A DNA stretch of 32,000 nt, from contig CAKUIA010000001.1 in the NCBI GenBank assembly GCA_934660865.1, positions 1 through 32,000 of the forward strand, written 5' to 3'. Positions within the stretch are counted from its first letter, which is position 1; every line of letters begins with the position of its first letter. This document shows positions 14,465 through 21,884 of this stretch, one piece after another. The position numbers and the translations under genes are program-made. The DNA is from an uncultured Opitutales bacterium (GTDB lineage Bacteria > Verrucomicrobiota > Verrucomicrobiia > Opitutales > Intestinicryptomonadaceae). Under the pieces are notes generated by a model. It was not told the origin of the DNA. It saw nothing but the letters and a program-made list of their open reading frames with translations, and did not search any database.

Positions 14465-14514
14465 CACTTGTATAGCGTCGCAAAATCTGCGTGTTTTTCG
14501 ACGCTATACAAGTG
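14465..14514 (+). promoter_or_regulatory. 16-bp perfect inverted repeat (CACTTGTATAGCGTCG-N18-CGACGCTATACAAGTG) in the nrdD leader
   Basis: The arms 14465..14480 and 14499..14514 are exact reverse complements with an 18-nt spacer. The element ends 37 nt before the nrdD ATG. No U-tract follows, so it is not a canonical terminator. Confidence 0.5.
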
Positions 14515-14551
14515 GAAAAAATTTTAAATCATTCTTAAAAAAACCAACACA

Positions 14552-16714
14552 ATGAAAATCATAAAGCGCAACGGCTCGGAGGAAAATTTCGAGATTCAAA
14601 AAATTTTAACCGCCGTAACAAAGGCAAATCAAACCATAGAGTTTAAAGACGCGTTAACTTCGACCCAAATAAAGGAAATAGGCGAATATGTTTTGGGCGT
14701 TTGCGACGCGCTAGACAGGGCGTTGTCGGTAGAGGAAATCCAGGATATTGTGGAAACGCAAATAATGCAAAAAGGCGCCTACGAAGTCGCAAAAAAATAC
14801 ATACGCTACCGCTATGTGCGCAACCTTATCCGCCACGCAAACACAACCGACAACAACATTCTTACCCTTATAGAATGCAACAACGAAGAGGTAAAGCAGG
14901 AAAATTCCAATAAAAACCCCACCGTTAACAGCGTACAGCGCGACTATATGGCGGGCGAAGTTTCCAAAGACATTTCAAAGCGCATACTGCTGCCCCCCGA
15001 AGTTATATCCGCCCACGAGGAAGGCCTTATACACTTCCACGATATGGACTATTTTGCCCAGCACATGCACAACTGCGACTTGGTAAACCTCGAAGACATG
15101 CTAAACAACGGCACTGTAATTTCGGGCACATATATAGACAAGCCCAAAAGCTTTGCAACAGCCTGCAACATTGCAACCCAAATTATAGCGCAGGTTGCCA
15201 GCAACCAATACGGCGGGCAAAGCATAACCCTTACGCATTTGGCTCCGTTCGTGCAAATCTCGCGCGAAAAGATTAGCGCGGCCTTAAAGGAAGAGCTTAC
15301 CGAAGGCGGCGTTTCGATGGAGTCCAGCAAATTCGACGCCATTGTGGAAAAACGCCTGCGCGAAGAGATTGCACGGGGCGTGCAGATTATACAATACCAG
15401 GTTGTAACGCTTATGACCACAAACGGGCAAGCCCCCTTTGTAACCGTGTTTATGTATTTGGGCGAAGCGCGCAACGAACGCGAAAAGAAAGACCTTGCAA
15501 TGATTATCGAAGAGGTCTTAAGGCAAAGATACAAGGGCGTAAAGAACGAAAAAGGCGTTTATATTTCGCCGGCTTTCCCAAAACTTATATACGTTTTAGA
15601 GGAAGACACAATGAACGAAAACTCGCCCTACTACTACCTTACGGTTTTGGCGGCGAAGTGCTCGGCTAAAAGGCTTGTGCCCGACTATATCAGCGAAAAG
15701 AAAATGAAGGAGCTAAAAGAGGGCAACTGCTTCCCGATGATGGGATGCAGGTCGTGTTTGGCTCCCTGGCGCGACGAAAGCGGCAACTACAAATTCTACG
15801 GCCGCTTTAACCAAGGGGTGGTAACAATAAACCTTGTAGACATTGCCTTAAGCAGCCAAAAAGACGAAAAGCTTTTCTGGAAAATTTTTGACGACAGGCT
15901 TGAAATTTGCTTTAAGGCCCTAATGAGCCGACACAACCGCCTAAAGGGCACGCTTTCCGACGCCGCTCCCATTCTTTGGCAGCACGGCGCAATAGCGCGC
16001 CTAAAGAAAGGCGAAACTATCGACAAGCTACTGTACGGCGGCTACTCTTCGATTTCGCTGGGCTATGCGGGCCTTTGCGAATGCGTAAGGTATATGAAAG
16101 ACAAAAGCCATACCGACCCCGAAGCCACACCCTTTGCCATTGCCGTTATGAAGCACTTAAACGAAGCTTGCGCAAAGTGGAAAAAGCAGACAAACATAGG
16201 CTTTGCCCTGTACGGAACGCCTTTGGAAACTACAACATACCGCTTTGCAAAATGCCTGCAAAAACGCTTCGGCAAAATAGAGGGCGTAACCGACAAAAAC
16301 TACATTACAAACAGCTACCATGTGCACGTTACCGAGCCTATCGACGCGTTCTCGAAGCTGGCGTTTGAATCGCAATTTCAGGCGTTGTCGACAGGCGGCG
16401 CAATAAGCTATGTGGAAGTTCCCAACATGCAAAACAACATCGAGGCCGTTTTGCAGATTATGAAGTTCATTTACGACAATATTATGTATGCGGAACTAAA
16501 CACAAAAAGCGACTATTGCCAAGTGTGCGGCTTCGACGGCGAAATAGAAATCGTAAAGGACGAGTCGGGCAAGCTCATTTGGAAATGCCCCAAATGCGGC
16601 AACACCGACCAGACAAAAATGAATGTTGCGCGCAGAACCTGCGGGTATATAGGCACGCAGTTTTGGAATCAGGGCAGAACGCAGGAAATTAAAGACCGCG
16701 TATTGCATTTGTAG
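14552..16714 (+). CDS. nrdD: Anaerobic (class III) ribonucleoside-triphosphate reductase
   Basis: 720 aa with an N-terminal ATP-cone (MKIIKRNGSEENFEIQKILTAV...). It also has a C-terminal Zn-ribbon CQVCG...CPKCG and the glycyl-radical motif RRTCGYIGT. Confidence 0.95.
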   Translation: MKIIKRNGSEENFEIQKILTAVTKANQTIEFKDALTSTQIKEIGEYVLGVCDALDRALSVEEIQDIVETQIMQKGAYEVAKKYIRYRYVRNLIRHANTTDNNILTLIECNNEEVKQENSNKNPTVNSVQRDYMAGEVSKDISKRILLPPEVISAHEEGLIHFHDMDYFAQHMHNCDLVNLEDMLNNGTVISGTYIDKPKSFATACNIATQIIAQVASNQYGGQSITLTHLAPFVQISREKISAALKEELTEGGVSMESSKFDAIVEKRLREEIARGVQIIQYQVVTLMTTNGQAPFVTVFMYLGEARNEREKKDLAMIIEEVLRQRYKGVKNEKGVYISPAFPKLIYVLEEDTMNENSPYYYLTVLAAKCSAKRLVPDYISEKKMKELKEGNCFPMMGCRSCLAPWRDESGNYKFYGRFNQGVVTINLVDIALSSQKDEKLFWKIFDDRLEICFKALMSRHNRLKGTLSDAAPILWQHGAIARLKKGETIDKLLYGGYSSISLGYAGLCECVRYMKDKSHTDPEATPFAIAVMKHLNEACAKWKKQTNIGFALYGTPLETTTYRFAKCLQKRFGKIEGVTDKNYITNSYHVHVTEPIDAFSKLAFESQFQALSTGGAISYVEVPNMQNNIEAVLQIMKFIYDNIMYAELNTKSDYCQVCGFDGEIEIVKDESGKLIWKCPKCGNTDQTKMNVARRTCGYIGTQFWNQGRTQEIKDRVLHL

Positions 16715-16717
16715 AAT

Positions 16718-17257
16718 ATGAACTACTCGGCAATAAAACCCAACGACATAGCCGACGGCGAAGGAGTGAGGGTTTCGCTTTTCGTTTCGGGCTGTTTAAG
16801 GCACTGCAAGGGGTGTTTTAACAGCTCGGCGTGGAGCTTTGAAAGCGGCAAACCCTTTACCGAAGAGGTACAAAACAACCTGCTCGGGCTTTTAGGCCGT
16901 TCGTATATAAACGGCCTTACGCTTTTGGGGGGAGACCCTTTTGAAATGCAAAACCAAAGGGCATTGCTGCCCTTTCTTGAAAGGGTAAAAATGCAGCTTC
17001 CGCAAAAGGATATTTGGGCGTATACGGGCTATGTTTTAGACGAAGACCTGATTGCGGGCGGCCAGCGCCATTGCGAGGCAACCTACCCCATGCTAAAGCT
17101 TATAGACGTTTTGGTAGACGGACCCTTTGTGGAGGACTTAAAAGACATTTCGCTGAAATTTAGGGGGTCTTCAAACCAAAGAATTATAGACTTAAAAAAC
17201 TTTTCGTTCGAAGATTTTTCGGTAAAAAACGAGCTTCTTTGGCGCATGCAAAAATAG
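16718..17257 (+). CDS. nrdG: Anaerobic ribonucleotide reductase activating protein (radical SAM)
   Basis: Radical-SAM cluster motif CLRHCKGC (CxxxCxxC) near the N-terminus, and ...LTLLGGDPF.... It starts 3 nt after the nrdD stop. Confidence 0.9.
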   Translation: MNYSAIKPNDIADGEGVRVSLFVSGCLRHCKGCFNSSAWSFESGKPFTEEVQNNLLGLLGRSYINGLTLLGGDPFEMQNQRALLPFLERVKMQLPQKDIWAYTGYVLDEDLIAGGQRHCEATYPMLKLIDVLVDGPFVEDLKDISLKFRGSSNQRIIDLKNFSFEDFSVKNELLWRMQK

Positions 17258-17313
17258 CGCTAATACAACCCTTTTATACACGAAAAAAGGTATAAAATTT
17301 TTTAAAACAAAAG

Positions 17314-17343
17314 GCCCCGACAAAAACAGTCGGGGCTTTTTTT
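17314..17343 (+). terminator. Intrinsic terminator after nrdG
   Basis: GCCCCGAC (17314..17321), a 7-nt loop and GTCGGGGC (17329..17336) form a perfect 8-bp GC stem. Seven T residues follow (17337..17343). Confidence 0.85.
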
Positions 17344-17569
17344 GCGGGCATCAACTGGCAAATAAAGTTTTGGCACTTTAAAATATAATTAGCACACAAG
17401 ATATGGCAGGCAAAATTATTGAAAATTGCGGCATTGCAGCCTGCATGTGGAAAAATCGCATTCAAAAATACAGGGCAAAAAACGGCTTTTAAAAAAAGTT
17501 TAATTTTTTTGAAAAAAAAGCTTGGCAAACAACCTAAAATATGTAGAGTTATAGACTTTATTTTACAGC

Positions 17570-17653
17570 GGTGGGGTATCCAAGTGGTCAAAGGATGCGG
17601 ACTGTAAATCCGTCCGGTTATGCCGTTCGTGGGTTCGACCCCCACCCCCACCA
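17570..17653 (+). tRNA. tRNA-Tyr (anticodon GTA), long variable arm, no encoded CCA
   Basis: Hand-folded cloverleaf. The acceptor GGTGGGG pairs with CCCCACC. The anticodon stem-loop is GCGGA-CTGTAAA-TCCGT. The variable arm is CGG-TTATG-CCG. The T arm is GTGGG-TTCGACC-CCCAC and the discriminator is A. Confidence 0.9.
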
Positions 17654-17669
17654 CTGTAAAGTGATTCAC

Positions 17670-17754
17670 GCTCAGGTGGTGAAATTGGTAGACACGTACG
17701 CTTGAGGTGCGTATGCTTAACGGCGTGCGGGTTCAAGTCCCGCCCTGAGCACCA
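17670..17754 (+). tRNA. tRNA-Leu (anticodon GAG), long variable arm, CCA encoded
   Basis: The acceptor GCTCAGG pairs with CCTGAGC. The anticodon stem-loop is TACGC-TTGAGGT-GCGTA. The T arm is GCGGG-TTCAAGT-CCCGC and the 3' end is ACCA. It lies 16 nt downstream of tRNA-Tyr. Confidence 0.9.
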
Positions 17755-17760
17755 TTTTAA

Positions 17761-17793
17761 AGCCCGCATTCCGACAAGGTTTGCGGGCTTTTT
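17761..17793 (+). terminator. Intrinsic terminator after the tRNA pair
   Basis: AGCCCGCA (17761..17768) and TGCGGGCT (17782..17789) form a perfect 8-bp stem. It is followed by TTTT. Confidence 0.8.
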
Positions 17794-17998
17794 GTTGGCT
17801 TAAATACTGGGTTTGCGGGCAATACGCAGGCTGCAACAAACGCATGCTACGCGCGCGATAAAAACAAAAAAATACTTAAATACTCCTCACAATCCCCTTA
17901 GTTTGCCCATCGGCAAACACCGCATTTATGGAAGGAACAAACGCAAAGAGGGATTAACTCGTTTTTTTGCATTTGGCATTAATGGGAAAATTCAAACT

Positions 17999-18108
17999 AT
18001 TGCAAAATTTACGGCATAAAAACCTTTTTAGTATTCTATCTTGCCCATTCCGCAACATTTAACTGAAAACGCAAAACCGCCGTGCGCCAGTAGCCTACGG
18101 CGGTTTTT
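17999..18108. repeat. 110-bp direct repeat, copy 1 (left flank of the higBA cassette)
   Basis: Hand alignment to 18868..18977 gives 102/110 identical positions with no indels and an 869-bp offset. The copy ends in the hairpin AAAACCGCCGT...ACGGCGGTTTT. Confidence 0.9.
18073..18107 (-). terminator. Terminator-like hairpin just downstream of higA (inside repeat copy 1)
   Basis: The CCGCCGT / ACGGCGG stem is extended by A/T pairs and has a 13-nt loop. T-runs flank it on both strands. It lies 19 nt from the higA stop. Confidence 0.5.
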
Positions 18109-18126
18109 ACAACACAACAAGCTAGT

Positions 18127-18480
18127 TTATGCAATAAGGCACTCAAGCGGCACATGCCAGTTATCATGCAGGTTTTTTATCATTTTTAGGGTAAGCTTTC
18201 TTTTACCGCTTAAAAATTCCGAAACCCTTGAAGGTGCCCCTAGTTGTTTTGCTAAGTCCTTTTTAGTGTACCCGCAATCTTCCATTAAATATTTTATTGT
18301 TTCTATTGGGGTTGGGGCTGGTAATGGATAAGCTTTGCTTTCGAAATTTTCTACAAGCACATAGAGTAATTCCAAGCGGTCGTCTTCTGCTTTGGTAAGA
18401 TGCGGTTTATTCATTAGCCTTGAAATTTCGGCCAATGCCTTTTCGTTTTCAGCTTCTGTTTTTATTACCTTTATTTCCAT
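18127..18480 (-). CDS. higA: HigA-type antitoxin (XRE-family HTH)
   Basis: 117 aa with an HTH segment YTKKDLAKQLGAPSRVSEFLSGKRKLTLKMIKNL. It starts 15 nt downstream of the toxin gene, which is the toxin-first order characteristic of higBA. Confidence 0.85.
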   Translation of the reverse strand: MEIKVIKTEAENEKALAEISRLMNKPHLTKAEDDRLELLYVLVENFESKAYPLPAPTPIETIKYLMEDCGYTKKDLAKQLGAPSRVSEFLSGKRKLTLKMIKNLHDNWHVPLECLIA

Positions 18481-18495
18481 TTTCGTGCTCCTTTC

Positions 18496-18792
18496 TTATA
18501 AGTTTGCGATATCCTTTATTTTATCGTATTCCGCGTGCGTTCCTATAAATCTAATTAACCCCCTATGTGGCGTAAACTGAATTACTACTACAAGCCTGTA
18601 AGAATTTCCTTTTATATTAAAAACGTAGTGGTTATTTCCCACAAAATCCGCCGAAGGGAACGCTTTTTTTAGATGGTTAAAATCAACCCAATCTGTTTGC
18701 GTAAAACGTTCGTGCCACGCCAACAACGGGCCTTTTGTTTCGGGGTGTTTCTCGTAATACGCTTGTATAGTCCTTTTTGAAACTATCCTCAT
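18496..18792 (-). CDS. higB: HigB-type toxin (RelE/ParE superfamily mRNA interferase)
   Basis: 98 aa. ...WHERFTQTDWVDFNHLKKAFPSADFVGNNHYVFNIKGNSYRLVVVIQF...IRFIGTHAEYDKI matches the HigB toxin family pattern as I recall it. It is paired with an XRE antitoxin. Confidence 0.85.
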   Translation of the reverse strand: MRIVSKRTIQAYYEKHPETKGPLLAWHERFTQTDWVDFNHLKKAFPSADFVGNNHYVFNIKGNSYRLVVVIQFTPHRGLIRFIGTHAEYDKIKDIANL

Positions 18793-18806
18793 TCTTTTTT
18801 ACCAAA

Positions 18807-18827
18807 ATGGTAAAAACATTACCATTG
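18807..18827 (-). promoter_or_regulatory. Candidate HigA operator: AATGGTA-N7-TACCATT
   Basis: A perfect 7-bp inverted repeat lies 15-35 nt upstream of the higB ATG (18792). A further overlapping TACC...GGTA repeat sits at 18800..18812. Confidence 0.4.
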
Positions 18828-18867
18828 TCAACATTTTGTTTAATAATTATATAGAATTTTAAAAAAA

Positions 18868-18977
18868 ATTACAAAATTTACAGCATAAAAACCTTTTTAG
18901 TATTCTATCTTGCTCATTCCGCAACATTTGACAGAAAACGCAAAACCGCCATGGGCTAGTAGCCTACGGCGGTTTTT
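18868..18977. repeat. 110-bp direct repeat, copy 2 (right flank of the higBA cassette)
   Basis: See copy 1. There are 8 substitutions and no indels. The terminal hairpin is retained with one mismatch. Confidence 0.9.
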
Positions 18978-19087
18978 GTGGTTTTGCCTTTTCGCTTACT
19001 TTGTAGGGAAATACAAAAACGGCAAGCGCCACAAGATAGCTTTGGCGAATATTAACTTGCAAAATTTGGGATATTGTTGAAAATAGA

Positions 19088-20212
19088 GTGAATATGAAAA
19101 GTAAATCTATTATGTTGGGAATTTTGGCTGTTATTACAGCCTTGCCGGTTTTTGCCGGCACGGGAAATACATTGATAAAAAACCATCACCGCCCGCCAGA
19201 CGTAAAGTTTGCCAACGAGCCCAAGTTGGAAAACCCGCAATCTTTTTCGTTCATTCTTTTTGGAGACCCTCAAAGCTACATAAAATTCGACTTTAACCAG
19301 CCTTTGTTTGAATATATGACGGCCTGGGCCGCCGCGCAAAAAAGCCACCTAAACGTTAAAACAGCCCTGTGCACGGGCGACTTAGTTGAGCAAAACGAAA
19401 ACATCGTTAACGGCGGGCAGCGCTACGAAGGGCAAAACTGCGGCAACCAAGCCAGCACTTTGCAATGGAAATCCATTTCGAGAGCCTTTGAGCGTTTGGA
19501 CAATGTTTACCCCTACATTTTAGCCACCGGCAACCACGACTACGGCTACGACGCCTCCGAAGTACGCCGCACGCGTTTTACGGAATTTTTTGACATTTCA
19601 AGAAACAGCGCTTTGTGGGGCAAACACATAGTAGCTTCGTACCCGAACGGCGAGGGAAAAGCCTCGCTTGAAAACACCGTTTTCGGCTTTGTTGAAGGCA
19701 ACTGGAAGCTGCTTGTTATTACGCTGGAATTTACTCCGCGCGACGAAGTTTTAGAATGGGCAAAGTCGGTTTGCTTGCGCAAAGAATATAAAGATTTTAA
19801 AGTTATAATTCTTACGCACTCTATTTTAAGCTCGAAGGGCGACTACGTTGTAGACAACTATAAAATGACGCTAAACAACGGCCAAGACATCTACAACAAG
19901 CTGTTAAAGCAATGCCCGAACATTAAGCTTGCAATTTGCGGGCATACGGGCGACCCAAGCACAATGGCGTCGCGCAAAACCGAAACAACCGAACATGGCA
20001 ACAAGGTTGAAATATTTATGTTCAACCCGCAGGCAATTTCGGGTTGGGATGGCAACGGCGGCGACGGGTGGCTGCGCATTATGGAATTTTACCCCGACGG
20101 CAAAACGGTTTCTATTAAAACCTATTCTCCCCTCTTTGCATTCTCGCAAAAAACGCAAAATTTGGCTTGGAACAATTCGCCCGAACACAAATTTAAATTG
20201 GTTTTGGAATAA
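19088..20212 (+). CDS. Secreted calcineurin-like metallophosphoesterase
   Basis: Signal peptide MNMKSKSIMLGILAVITALPVFAG. Metallophosphoesterase motifs are FILFGDPQ, CTGDLVEQ, ATGNHDYG, IILTHS and CGHTG. Confidence 0.8.
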   Translation: MNMKSKSIMLGILAVITALPVFAGTGNTLIKNHHRPPDVKFANEPKLENPQSFSFILFGDPQSYIKFDFNQPLFEYMTAWAAAQKSHLNVKTALCTGDLVEQNENIVNGGQRYEGQNCGNQASTLQWKSISRAFERLDNVYPYILATGNHDYGYDASEVRRTRFTEFFDISRNSALWGKHIVASYPNGEGKASLENTVFGFVEGNWKLLVITLEFTPRDEVLEWAKSVCLRKEYKDFKVIILTHSILSSKGDYVVDNYKMTLNNGQDIYNKLLKQCPNIKLAICGHTGDPSTMASRKTETTEHGNKVEIFMFNPQAISGWDGNGGDGWLRIMEFYPDGKTVSIKTYSPLFAFSQKTQNLAWNNSPEHKFKLVLE

Positions 20213-20240
20213 TAAAAAACCGAAACAAAAAACAACAAAA

Positions 20241-20273
20241 GGCTTGGCGGCGCACTGCCCCAAGTCTTTTTTT
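20241..20273 (+). terminator. Intrinsic terminator after the metallophosphoesterase gene
   Basis: GGCTTGGCGGC / GCCCCAAGTC form a stem of about 10 bp with one bulge. Seven T residues follow (20267..20273). Confidence 0.6.
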
Positions 20274-20524
20274 GCCCGCATATAAAAAAGCAAACATTGC
20301 CTATGCCTGCAAAAACGCATACGTTATAGCGCCAATGCCGCAAAAAAATCCCTCGCAACAAACTTGCAACCATAATGCAAACCCATTGCAAAGGAGCGTT
20401 TTTTTGCCCGGAAATTAATGCTTTCCTTTAAACGCTCGATTTTTTCCTCAAGTTGAACGCGCCGATACAAAACCTTATGGCGCGATACAAAAAAATGGCA
20501 AATTTACACTGTCTTATGGCGCAC

Positions 20525-20554
20525 AAAAAAGCGGGAGCATAAAAGAGCCCCCGC
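20525..20554 (-). terminator. Intrinsic terminator after gspF
   Basis: On the minus strand, GCGGGGGC-TCTTTTAT-GCTCCCGC forms an 8-bp stem. Its one imperfect pair is G-U on the minus RNA and A-C on the plus RNA. Six U residues follow (20525..20530). Confidence 0.6.
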
Positions 20555-20586
20555 CTTTTGCGATATAAAATTTTTCGGACTTCGGT

Positions 20587-21813
20587 TTAGCCTCCCGACA
20601 TTCTCGAAACGATTTCGATAATGGGCAGGAACAACGCAATAACTATGGTACCTACCATTACAGCCAAGAACACAATCATTACAGGCTCGATAATAGAGGT
20701 TACCGCGCTTACGGCGTTGTCTACTTCTTCGTCGTAGTTGTCGGCAATACGGTTAAGCATATCGGACAACTGACCCGTTTCTTCGCCAACTTCTACCATA
20801 CTTGTTACCATGTTCGGGAAAATCTTTTGCTGGTCTAGCGGGCCCGCTATGGGCTCGCCGTCTCTTACGCGGTCGTGCACGCGTTCGAGGGCTTTTGAAA
20901 CAACCGAATTTTTAATTGTGCCCTGCGTGATTTTAAGAGCCTCCAAAATCGGAACGCCCGAAGCCAGCAAAGTACCCAAAGTTCTGGTAAAGCGGCCCAC
21001 GGTTGTCTTGATAACCAAGTCGCCAACTTTGGGGCACTTAATCATAAAGGTATCGAAAAGCTTTATGCCGATTTTCGTTTTAAAGAAAAGCTTTAGCACA
21101 ATTATTACCGCGGCCAAAATGCCCAAAGTAATTGCAATGTTGTGCTGCATAAATTCCGAAATGTTTATAACCATTTGGGTTAGCTGCGGCATTTGCGCGC
21201 CGCCCAACATATCCTGGAATATCTGCTGGAATTTGGGAACAACAAACACCATCAAAACCGCAACAATGCCCAAAGCAACCGTAAGAATGATTGCGGGATA
21301 TATCATTGCGCCCTTAACTTTCTTTGCCGTTTTAATCGACTTTTCGCTAAACAGCGCGGTTCTGTCGAGAACAACGTCCAGCACGCCGCCCGCTTCGCCC
21401 GCCTTTACCATGTTAATGTAAAGTTTGTCGAAGATTTTGGGATACTGCGAAAGGCCGTCGGAAAATTTATTACCCGTGCGGACATTGTCGGCAAGCTTTT
21501 CTACCACCGACTTAAAGTAGGCGTTCTTTTCCTGACGGGCCACAACCTCTAAAGCCTTTAACAGGGGCAAGCCCGCCTTAAGCAAAATCGCCATTTGGCG
21601 GGTAAACACGGTAACTTCTTCGTGCGATACGCCCGCGCCAAACAGGGGTTTTGGCGCCTTTTTTGTTTTAGACTCGACAACCTCGGCTATGCGCGAAACC
21701 GCCAATCCCTGCGAAAGAAGCTGCGCTTTTGCAGCCCTTTCGGACGGGGCTTCGACAACACCCTGCACTTCGCGGGTGTCTTTGCCGACCGCTATGTATT
21801 TAAACTTTGCCAT
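20587..21813 (-). CDS. Type II secretion / type IV pilus platform protein (GspF/PilC family)
   Basis: 408 aa with the duplicated T2SSF-domain pattern (...FSDGLSQYPKIFDKLYINMVKAGEAGGVLD... and ...IAGPLDQQKIFPNMVTSMVEVGEETGQLSDML...). It has three hydrophobic TM segments. Confidence 0.9.
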   Translation of the reverse strand: MAKFKYIAVGKDTREVQGVVEAPSERAAKAQLLSQGLAVSRIAEVVESKTKKAPKPLFGAGVSHEEVTVFTRQMAILLKAGLPLLKALEVVARQEKNAYFKSVVEKLADNVRTGNKFSDGLSQYPKIFDKLYINMVKAGEAGGVLDVVLDRTALFSEKSIKTAKKVKGAMIYPAIILTVALGIVAVLMVFVVPKFQQIFQDMLGGAQMPQLTQMVINISEFMQHNIAITLGILAAVIIVLKLFFKTKIGIKLFDTFMIKCPKVGDLVIKTTVGRFTRTLGTLLASGVPILEALKITQGTIKNSVVSKALERVHDRVRDGEPIAGPLDQQKIFPNMVTSMVEVGEETGQLSDMLNRIADNYDEEVDNAVSAVTSIIEPVMIVFLAVMVGTIVIALFLPIIEIVSRMSGG

Positions 21814-21884
21814 AAAGAATAAGTAGAATTAAAATTTCAATTAACAGATTATCGCTTATTTTTAACCGTCTTGCAAGCGTAATA

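Noticed and set aside
14465-14514. Interpretation of the nrdD-leader inverted repeat, or of the 22-bp palindrome at 14335..14356, as tandem NrdR boxes.
   Set aside because: An NrdR box is itself a 16-bp palindrome (acaCwAtATaTwGtgt). Neither arm here is self-palindromic, and position-by-position comparison gives poor matches. The 22-bp palindrome also fails to match. I kept both only as unassigned elements.
17364-17549. Sigma-54-type (TGGCAC-N5-TTGC) or sigma-70-type promoter calls upstream of the tRNA pair (TGGCAC at ~17369; TTGGCA-N16-TAGAGT at 17522..17549).
   Set aside because: The TGGCA words lack a correctly spaced TTGC partner. The sigma-70-like match has a weak -10 element, and I cannot distinguish it from chance in AT-rich sequence.
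17274-17769. ORF-track ORFs 17274..17669 (-), 17419..17607 (+) and 17563..17769 (-). Also a 29-codon ATG ORF at 17403..17492.
   Set aside because: They run across the nrdG terminator and the two tRNA genes. None has an SD or a recognisable motif. The tRNA cloverleaves explain the sequence.
20458-20530. Repeated TTATGGCGC(GAT)ACAAAAAA / GCGCCGATACAAAA motifs in the convergent intergenic region after gspF.
   Set aside because: The repeats are short and imperfect. The last copy merges with the A-run of the gspF terminator. No ORF, hairpin or promoter context supports an sRNA or binding-site call.
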